A stretch of 64,000 bases of DNA from Trichoplax adhaerens (lineage: Eukaryota; Animalia; Placozoa): NCBI RefSeq assembly GCF_000150275.1, contig NW_002060949.1, positions 2,229,836-2,293,835 of the forward strand, written 5' to 3'. Below, in pieces: positions 55,101 through 64,000 of this stretch (the stretch's first letter is position 1; each line of letters starts with the position of its first letter). The position numbers were made by a program, and so were the translations under genes. Under the pieces are notes generated by a model that had not been told where the DNA came from, did not search any database, and saw nothing but the letters and a program-made list of their open reading frames with translations.

Positions 55101-56348
55101 TCGTGTTGGTGGGACTGGGATGACATCCAAGAAGAAAGAATTTTCATTTGCTATACGTCTGTTGGAGGTAAGTTTATTAAATGTGCCAAAGACTAGCGTT
55201 AATATGCGTTTCTCATTCTTCCATAGTTGGCGTAAATGATAACGAACTTCAATAGGATGCATATATTTTTGACGAGCTAATGAATATTCGCTCTCCATTT
55301 CGGTATTCTTTCCTTGATCAATACTGTCATTTGATAGATTACTTGTGACCTGATGTACTAAATTACCCGATTCTGTATTTTCAACTAATTCCTGAAAATC
55401 AATAGTTTTATCATAATCTTCCTGGTCATCATCATCTTCCTGATCAGCCTTGGAATTATTTTTACTCTCATTGTCATAACCTTGCCAATTTACTTTCGAT
55501 TGACCATTCTCATCATCATCTTCCTCATCGTCACGGTTACTTTGATTCTTTTTCTTACTTGATACCGTCTTATCCTTGGACACGGTTGTTAATGTCATCG
55601 CATTGGACGATTTTACACGTTGTTTATAGAATACCTTAGCATGGTGCTGTGCTCGAATAATATGGGGTGGACCTTTACAACGGTTACATTTCTTCGATCC
55701 ATGTGAGATACAATAATGAAAAAATTGATGTAAAATCAATTTACGACATTGAGTTACATTTTTACTATAAGTCCATTTGGAGGTATTTTTCTTGTCTTGC
55801 AATGGTATATTGGCAAGAGCATGTTGAACTTCTGCATTGATGGCATGAATGATACCTTTTTGGATTTGTTGAAAGCTCATGTCTTCACTGCTGCTAAGAG
55901 TATTAGCCACTGCATCAGCAATATCAGGTAATTCATAGCATTTAGTCAGTAATCCATACTCGAGTAATTTCAATTGGCAGACGAAAAGATTTAAAGCTGC
56001 AGGTGTACCATGTAAATGATGGCACTGAAAGCACATCCCTTTCAGCAGCATTAGCATGTGCTTAAAGAATAACGGATGATAGACAGGTAAATGCAGATCA
56101 ATATGGCCAAAATGACCAGGACAATAATCCATAATTTGCCCACAGGTACTACATGGGCTTAACGTTTCAATTGGGCCTAATGCTGGATCGCATAGACCAC
56201 CATGATTTGCATTCATTAATCGATCAAAAGTATGCACATTGGTAATTTGTTTAACGCTTAATTTACGGATATCCTCGCTCGTATAAGTTGAAAAGCGAAC
56301 AGCTAATGGTCGTTTAATCGGTACTGTGTTATTGGACCAATTCGCCAT
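49117..56348 (-). CDS. POLR1A: DNA-directed RNA polymerase I largest subunit (RPA1), about 1815 aa, 15 coding exons
   Basis: Exons: 56348-55092, 54843-51886, 51697-51615, 51540-51483, 51388-51279, 51190-51132, 51051-50948, 50854-50827, 50676-50587, 50519-50467, 50389-50309, 50193-50134, 50055-49960, 49730-49620, 49416-49117. All are GT-AG with consistent phases (5448 nt). Motifs: Zn site [37 protein letters not shown], catalytic [26 protein letters not shown], Pol I-type [28 protein letters not shown] and C-terminal [19 protein letters not shown]. Small-exon boundaries in the acidic region are less certain. Confidence 0.96.
51436..51457. repeat. (TA)n microsatellite in a POLR1A intron
   Basis: About 11 consecutive TA dinucleotides. 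Confidence 0.85.
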
Positions 56349-57153
56349 ATTTTATCGATTCACCTTAGGATAGAAAAAGGCAAGGGAGTTGATTACAGTA
56401 TGACTACTTTTAGCAAGCATTTTGTACACAGCGATCCATCCATCAGGTCGAGCAATTGATCACTACGATATAGTTTACTCCTTACCGTCAATTACAAATT
56501 TCCAATCAGAATCTTTAATAGCTGCACCTATAGTGTGTTCTTATCCTTGGGAAAATCAATCTGATCAAAGCAGAAAATATTAATGAGATTTCTCGTCTTG
56601 AGTACAACGAGTCCAACCTTTAACCACCATGATGGCCGGCATGAGATCGATTGAAAGCATGAGCAAGAGCTTGTGGTGGCTTGGTGCATCTGCGTCAACT
56701 GCAGCTTGTGGCACGCACACTATGAGGTGTCATGTATCGGACTGACGGATGGACAAGAAGTTGTACAGTACTGTACAATGTACAGTGCAGTATACTGTAC
56801 ACTGTACCGATCGTACTGTAATTGCAATTCACCGGCTTAACACGCACCCTATAGAAGATGGTGTAGCTATCAGACTATTTGGAACAGTATACTATACTGA
56901 GTATAGAATACAGTCGACTACTTTCTTCTAGCTAGAGCCTACAGTATACTATATCAGACAGCAGGATACGATAGTGGTTTTTGACTGTAGTGTCCACGCG
57001 AATCTGTCCATCGATCACTCAATTATTCAGATAGGGTGACCTGCCTCATAGTAACCATGCAACGTAATTGCTGAGGAGAGGAAGAAGCTGAAGAGACCAT
57101 GCCATGGCCATCTATGTCCATTAGTACCTCTGCGTTGTTATGAATCATAGGCC
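56349..57153. promoter_or_regulatory. Bidirectional promoter region between POLR1A and COA7
   Basis: Divergent ATGs (56348 minus, 57154 plus) are 805 bp apart. Raised GC at 56630-56760 and 56990-57120 flanks a central GTAC-palindrome cluster (56761-56950). A probable POLR1A 5' UTR intron spans about 56485-56364. Confidence 0.7.
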
Positions 57154-59623
57154 ATGTCTGTGGAAGATGAAGCTGGTAAAGAATTTAAGGCAAATCTACA
57201 GAGCTTATTAAAAGAAGAATGCTTCGTTGATAATAAACCTAGATGTAAGTAGTGCTTGTATTGGCTTGCATTGCTGTTAGTCCATTGGCGTTCATTCTTG
57301 CTAATGATTGCTAAATGAAATGTAAGCAAAGTGTGCAAGTAGATGATTGGCGTAAGCAAATAGAACTAACCACACAGTAGCTAGTTATTAAAAACTTAAG
57401 TAGAATCATGTCATCCTGCAGCAAGTATAGATAGTAGTATAACTAAATCTGCGGTGAAAGATTACAAATGATAACGAGTTAACGTTAGGCTTAGGCAACG
57501 CAAATACTGTACAGCTAAGTACTTGGTAAGCAATCGTTCAATGTTGAAATTGAATCATCGAGAGGTTATTAAAAAAAGAATGCTTCGTTGATAAGAAAAC
57601 CGAGATGTAAATGCTGCTTGTATTGGCTTGTATTACTCTTTATCCATTGTCATTTATTCTTGCTAATGATTGCTAAATGACATATGGACTGAGTATGCGA
57701 GTGGACGATTGACGTAAGCTAGTAGAACTAACCACGTAGCTGTTAGTCATCAAAGGATACAGTAGAATCATGCCATCCTGCAGCAAGAATATAACTAAGT
57801 CTGCGGCTGGAGATTACAAATGATGACAAGTTAACGGTAACTTTAGCCAATGTAAATAATACTGTAAAGCTTAGCACTTGGTAAACAGTCGTTCAATGAT
57901 GAAATTGAGTCATCGAGAGCTTATTGAAAGAAGAATGTTTCGTTGATAAGAAAACCTAGTTATAAGTGCTGTTTGTATTGGCTTGCATTGCTCTTTGCCC
58001 ATGGCCATTCATTCTTGCTAGCGATGGCTGAATGAGATATTGGCTAAGTATGTGAGTAGACAATTGACGTAAGCAAATAGAACTACCCACGGAGTAGTCA
58101 ATCATCTAAGGATAAAGTATTGTAGATTTACCATGTCACCCTACTACAAGCGTAGATAATAGTGTAACTAAGTCCGCAGTGGAAGATTACAAATTATTGC
58201 AAGTTAACGGTAAGAGTAGACTATACAAATACGGTACAGCTAAGCGGTCTTTCAATGATGAAATTGAATCATCTTGAAGATTGTACTTGTACACTAATAG
58301 ATGATAAGTATAGTGGTATACAAGCACTGCAGTTATTAAGTGACGAAGTAGAGTCATATCTTGCAGCAAGCATGGACAAAAGCATAGTCAAGTCTAGGGT
58401 TATAATGATAAGTGAGTTAATAACAAACCTAGACAATACCAATGCAACTAGGTAGGAATCAGATGATAAATAAGGGCATCTGCAGCAAGCACGAATACAA
58501 ACGTAATACAGCCTGCCTACGTTTAATATTCCAATTGTACTCACAAGCGTAGTGAAATAAAAATACAACTAAATAGTCATCAGATGATGAAGCAAAATCA
58601 TATCATTTTTCAAAACAAGCAATAATAGTAAATGAAGCACGGTAGCTTATGCGAATAATTTAGATCTTAAAAGTTTGGTTATGATCTTGTTCTATGAGAA
58701 ATACATAGCGCGTTTAACAGTTTTATATACTCACAACATATGTAAAATGTACGTAGAGTATACTTACATTAAAATAGTGAAACCATGTACTGCTGCAAAA
58801 GTAGCACAAACCAAAATATCATTTACTAATTTAACAATGAAACTATCGTGCCATTAGCTCTAGTAGACTAGAAATATGACTGTTAATTTCACCTTAATTG
58901 AATTCTTTAATGTTTATTACAGCATGCCATCAACTTGCAGAGCTTTATCAAAATTTTGAAAAACAGGAAGAGAAGGCATTCCATCAGTTTAAAAAAACAT
59001 GCCTTGAAATGTGTTACATGCCAAGCTGTTTTGCATTGGGAATGTATTACATGCAGAAAAGAGGTAGGTTATTTAATAGTGAACGTAAGCACTAGTGCAG
59101 GAATACCAATAATATATATCTAACAATAGAAGAAATATCAACTTTAGACTTTAAATTTTCATGCAACTGATATCTTACGCATGGAATTGTCATTATGTTA
59201 TCTTAACCAGAATTCACTGGTGGTAAAGATCCTGATAAAGCTCTCAAGTACTTCTTAATGGCGTGTGAAGCTAATATTTCTGGTGCGTGTAATAATGCTG
59301 GACTCATATTGCAACATGGTACAGAAAAAAGTCCAAAAGATGTGAAAAGAGCGGAAGCATTATTTGAGAAAGCTTGTAAAGACGACTTTGCAAACGGATG
59401 TTTTAACCAAAGTATTCTGTATCTAACTGGTAGAGAGAAGGAAATTCCTCGCGATATGGAAAAAGCGGTAGAATTAGGTGTCAAAAGTTGCAATCTTGGT
59501 CATTTATGGGGATGCATGAATGCTAGTAAAGCATACAAAACAGGAGACGGGATAGAAGCTGATCAAGAAAAAGCTAAAAAGTTTAGCGATATCGCTTTAG
59601 AGTTGATGGGAACCAAGAAGTGA
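57154..59623 (+). CDS. COA7: Cytochrome c oxidase assembly factor 7 (Sel1-like repeat, cysteine-rich), 214 aa
   Basis: Exons 57154-57244 (91 nt), 58923-59063 (141 nt) and 59211-59623 (413 nt) are GT-AG and in frame. Translation: MSVEDEAGKEFKANLQSLLKEECFVDNKPRSCHQLAELY...TCLEMCYMPSCFALGMYY...ACEANISGACNNAG...ACKDDFANGCFN...SCNLGHLWGCMNASKAYKTGDGIEADQEKA. It has five C-x7-C pairs and matches the COA7 '[22 protein letters not shown]' motif. Confidence 0.93.
57200..58445. repeat. Tandem triplication (about 357 bp unit) of the COA7 exon 1 end plus intron start, with a further degenerate partial copy
   Basis: GAG.TTATT.AAA.AAGAATG.TTCGTTGATAA recurs at about 57201, 57562 and 57917. Units end with GAAATTGA.TCATC at about 57559, 57914 and 58273. 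A diverged partial copy lies at 58330-58445. Confidence 0.93.
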
Positions 59624-60449
59624 AACTGACAGAGTTTTAAATTTTTATTATACTTTATTTAAGCTGCAATGTCCAAATAAAGTTGAGGGCAATCTCATAA
59701 ATATTACTACCCTATCCTTGAATGCTGTAATCTTTTTTTAAAAATGAGGTATGCTTAAACGAAACATTACTGTGTCCGAAAAACATAAAGTATGCAAGAG
59801 TTTTATAACTTTATTGGTATTGGCGTTATGATGTAGTAGGACTATTACAGTATGAAGTTCCTCATATACATATATAGCAAGAGTAGTGTAAGTGTACATG
59901 TATTATTTAATAAGTTTAATGTGAAGAAACAGATAATAGAAAATGTAAAGAAATTATTCTTAATTTACGATTCCGTACACACGTAGCTACTTTGTAAAAG
60001 ACTAAATTTACAGCAACGATTGGGGTAGTGCATTTATCAAATTTCTCTTATTCCCTTCGCTTTTTAGTTTTTGGAGATATAATGCTTCTGCCCCGTTCAC
60101 TTATAATGGAATGATTTATCGTTTATATAAAATACTAGTATAAGCCTCAGCTCGCGAATTAAAATGAAATGATCTTTCGCATTTGCGTATAGTAGCTTTT
60201 CTAGGACTTTCTGGGCCTGTATAATAGTACGATAATCGAAATAAAATAATCTGCCTTTAGGTAACCCTCCTAGGGCTATAAATGCCTAGCTAAATGCTTC
60301 GCTACATTAACAGATGCGTACAATCCCGTACAGTAATTAATATGAATGAAGTACACCTTCCTACGGTCTCCTCTTACTGTAAACACGTAGTTAAAAATTT
60401 TACTGTGCCATTAAGATACCGATGAATATTGCATTGTCTGTTCGTAATT

Positions 60450-60945
60450 AAGCATTCTACAACTCTAGATACTGTGTGGACTACGGTATTTGCTAGCTAT
60501 CCAAATATCATATTCATGAATATGAAATGAATAGATAATAATCACTGTAGCCTCCCTACGACATTAAACTCTCACAGAAGCTTTCTAGAACACTGGATAC
60601 CTTCTAAATTACATGTTAGCTGCGCTAATAGCTTGCTAATAATATAAAATAAATTGTCAATAACCATTACACCCTCTTCACGACATTAATCGCTTAGACA
60701 ACATGTTTTGATACTCTAGACTCACATTAATTGATTACTGTGAATTACACTACTGCTAGTAATTGATACACTTTCTCTGTGACATAGGTAACTTAGACAC
60801 ACATGTTTTGCTCCACTAGCGCCACGCTAATTAATGTAAAATGAGCTGTCCATCATACAATACATCAATTTCTAGGACTCTCGATACGATACAAAATAGC
60901 TAACTGCACTAATACCCTCTCAATAATGTGAAATGAATCGCTAAT
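60450..60945. repeat. Degenerate, mosaic local duplications
   Basis: CTTAGACA(C)ACATGTTTTG at about 60693 and 60792. ACGACATTAA at about 60558 and 60680. TTCTA..AC.CT.GATAC-like motifs at about 60456, 60583 and 60871. TGAAATGAAT at about 60523 and 60929. Confidence 0.55.
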
Positions 60946-61339
60946 CCGTGAAGCAAATTGTATAAGGCTTTAAATACCCAGACAAAATGCTTGCTGTGTC
61001 AATTGAAGACTAATTATGGAATTACGAGAAGTACAACACGGTGTCGCGAAGACTATCACACAATGTATGCCCATGGAGCTGCCTTCGTTATGCAACAGCA
61101 ATTCTACTGGATGGTATAACAGTAGGACAGCGGATTAATTAATTATACAAGGCAATAGAGCATGGAACATAGACTGCTATAGTTTATTGCATTTAGTAGA
61201 TTGTTCTCTACACAATAGGATTACCGTTACGTAGTTCTATTTGATGGAACATGTTATATATATACAGTGCAATTACGACATCTATATTCTGTAGTATTTA
61301 CTGTATAATGCTAATTAGATGCTATTCGTTACTCAATTA

Positions 61340-61353
61340 GTTGGCATAGCAAC
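61340..61353. promoter_or_regulatory. RFX X-box upstream of the Tctex1-domain gene
   Basis: GTTGGCATAGCAAC is a 14-bp near-palindrome matching the X-box consensus GTTNCCATRGNAAC at all but one position. It lies about 300 bp upstream of the ATG. Confidence 0.65.
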
Positions 61354-61647
61354 GTTTTGCAAAACTGCAGGGGGCGATAAATCGAAGACATCGCTCTTTA
61401 TTGAATTAGTCGTCCTCTTTTACTCACCTAAAAGCTGCCACTTCTATTATAAAAATTAAAGGAATCAAACTCCATCACTATCGTAAATTAGTAGAAGAGT
61501 GTGATTCAGCATTCGATAAGATTAAAATAGAACTGTCAATAACTTGACAACGTCAATATTTCGACTTTTTTAATTCCTACAGTGACTATTGCTGGAAGAA
61601 TTTCCTTTCGACAGAATTCACCGACGTCAATCGTTTTAATTACTACC

Positions 61648-62169
61648 ATGACAGATATCCAAAGAAGTGCTACTGAAGCTCGAGATCGAGCAGCTCGACT
61701 GTTAAAAAAGAAAGCAAGTTTTACGTCGGAACATCCTATCCTTAGGACAAGCGGCATGGCATCAGAACAACCAATCCACCCACAAAGTCATGAAGATACA
61801 CGCAGTCAATTACATCATAAGGAAAATACTTATAAAATGGATCCGGATGTACGTTTTCCATCAGCTGCTATCAAATCAATCGTGCAAGATGTATTAGAAT
61901 CTTACTTACAAAACGAATCTTATGATTCGGAAGTGTGTCGTGAAATGACAAAAACTGTATCAGAAGTAATACGAAGCCGAGTCAAAGATCTCAACTTACG
62001 TCGGTACAAGTTGGTTTCGTTAGTTTATATTGGCCAATTAACCAATCAAGGTGTCAAATTGGGTAGTCGTTGCTTGTGGGATCCAAGTAACGATAATTTT
62101 TCCTCTCATAGTTACCAAAATGCTTCCTTATTTGCCGTAGCGACTGTCTATGGGATCTATTTAGAATAA
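61648..62169 (+). CDS. TCTEX1D1: Tctex1 domain-containing dynein light chain (TCTEX1D1/DYNLT5-like), 173 aa, single coding exon
   Basis: ENTYKM.P...F, Y.SEVCREMTKTVSEVIRSRVKDLNLRRYKLV, IGQ..NQGVKLGSRCLWD..NDNF, NASLFAVATVYGIYLE*. The start is taken at accATG 61648 because the ORF-track GTG at 61582 overlaps a splice acceptor (ttttaattcctacAG). Paralog assignment is tentative. Confidence 0.88.
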   Translation: MTDIQRSATEARDRAARLLKKKASFTSEHPILRTSGMASEQPIHPQSHEDTRSQLHHKENTYKMDPDVRFPSAAIKSIVQDVLESYLQNESYDSEVCREMTKTVSEVIRSRVKDLNLRRYKLVSLVYIGQLTNQGVKLGSRCLWDPSNDNFSSHSYQNASLFAVATVYGIYLE

Positions 62170-64000
62170 AAAATAGGAATAAAATAATATAATTAGGAAC
62201 TAAAACTGATTTTTTTCCCCCTTGTTCTAATCTTAGATGACGTTTCTAATTTCTCATTTACAGTAAATTTTATTTTGCCTGCTCTGTTGCATTACAATTT
62301 ATTACAGCACGTTATCTGAATTAAATTGTTGAAAGGCTTTCTATGATTTTTAAAACGTAGAGTAAAATTAGTTTTCTGTTCTCCATAGCAAATGTATATG
62401 TGCCCACATATAATGTATGTTACTTGTAGGATAATGTATTGCCTACTCAATTATAACAATATTACTATATTGGATAGAAAGAAGGAATGAATTATAACTT
62501 TATACAATTGTTGAAAAATAACATACAAGTTAATGCCTTACATCAATAATGTATATATAGATAAATAGACACTTTTAGCATCCTGAAATGCATGAAAGTA
62601 TCTGTAAATAAATCTTACTATCCATAACATGTTAAAAATATAAATTTATGCTTTCGTTGTGTAAGTAGTTAGAAAGCGATTTTTAGTTCATTTTCTGTTG
62701 ACTAGGAAAATTAAGTTGAACAAATAAGCCAATTAGGAACTTTTATAGGAGTCAAGCTTGTTTTAAAAGTGTTTTTTCAATTAATGTCCAAGTTTTAACT
62801 TATATTATCACAGTACCCTAACTACTACTACGAGTGATTGTTAATTTATACTATTAAATTTTCAATTTCAATTGAATGAGCTCTAAAAAATTATAACTGC
62901 TACGAAAATTCGATAGAATTATTGTCTATTTTCCTGTTAACGAGCGCCAATTTCTTTCAAGTATTAATTAAATCGATCATACCAATAGACTATCTCACAC
63001 TTTGTGAAATTATTTCAGTATTCTTGTATCGAAATACGGTGCTATCCCACTATATTCTACTTCTACTCTAGCTTGGTCGTCAGAATGATTGCCAAAGAAT
63101 TTAGGGTATTGACTAGATACCGTTACTATATTACCACCAAAAGTAAATCAATGATATAGTTAAATGTTACTACAGCAACGATAATAAATACTAATTAAAC
63201 ACATCCAGATATTTTGCTATACTCATATAAGTAAGAGCAATTGCTTAACAATTTAAAGTGAATGTTACATTTATAAAGTACTTAAAGTATACTGAAATTA
63301 TGATTAATAACCAACTGGCAAAAAGCAGTTATAATTGATGTTTTAATTATGAACGAAAATAGTAGAATTAAATTTATTTTCTTCTCTTTACTCCAACTGC
63401 AATAATACCAATTGTTAGCTAATAGCTATCCTTGAAAACACCATCTATTTGTGCAAATTACTTTTTCTGTATACTAAGAAAGCAATCATTGGGACTCAAT
63501 GTCTTATTGTTATTAGAGAATCCTTTTACCGTCCATGTAATTTAAAATCAAGGATAAATAAGTAAACTAATTATTTTTCAATCAGAATGATAAATTTCGC
63601 TAGCAGTTGATTTAATCTTACAATACATACGATAAAGCTTCAATTAAGGTATTGATTTAGCACTATGTATTTATGTAGAAGGTTCAGAAGCTAAGTGATT
63701 GCATGGTTGCCAGCTATAATTTAACAGCTTTATTATAGTTACTTTTGAAGTACCGATAATTGAATCATTGTTAGGTATCTAATATAGGTGAGTAATAAAC
63801 GAGTTAATTGCTTATAGTATGCAGTGGAGTTCAATATCTTTCCATAAAACAACTAAACATTCTTAACATTTGTGAACACGATATTAAATTCAGATTTAAG
63901 CTGATATCAAAGCAATTAACAATTACCAATTTAACCCACTCTTTAATCCATAGATTGGCCCTGTACTACTGTCTAGGTACCTTATATAACTAATAAAAAT

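Noticed and set aside
51905-55931. Plus-strand ORFs inside POLR1A, and similar antisense ORFs over MIDN, NIM1K, COA7 and the Tctex1 gene
   Set aside because: They are antisense shadows of real coding exons.
61582-61647. N-terminal extension of the Tctex1 ORF from a GTG start
   Set aside because: The GTG overlaps a splice acceptor, and accATG at 61648 is the better start. An upstream coding exon cannot be fully excluded.

Overview
AT-rich (roughly two-thirds A+T by eye) eukaryotic, almost certainly animal, genomic DNA with GT-AG introns. The compact introns, composition and gene set would fit an early-branching metazoan such as a placozoan, but the species cannot be established from this window. 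I assembled five protein-coding genes by hand from splice signals and frame continuity. They are a midnolin-like ubiquitin-like-domain gene (minus strand, 3' exons unresolved or beyond the left edge), a NIM1K-type AMPK-related kinase (minus, 3 coding exons, 523 aa), RNA polymerase I largest subunit POLR1A (minus, 15 coding exons, about 1815 aa), COA7 (plus, 3 exons, 214 aa, head-to-head with POLR1A) and a Tctex1-domain dynein light chain (plus, 173 aa). About 3.6-26 kb and 37.4-49 kb contain no credible coding sequence. I found no rRNA, tRNA, CRISPR array or recognisable transposase. The most notable observations are: (1) clusters of a palindromic GTACAGTACTGTAC-type motif at the inferred promoters of four of the five genes, plus one orphan cluster; (2) a strongly 5'-biased lack of introns in POLR1A; (3) a tandem triplication in COA7 that copied the exon 1 end together with its splice donor; (4) a CRE/TATA promoter for midnolin and RFX X-boxes upstream of the Tctex1 and NIM1K genes; (5) several young, low-copy tandem arrays. 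I see no firm evidence for a wholly new multi-gene system. The promoter-associated palindrome is the best candidate for something undescribed.
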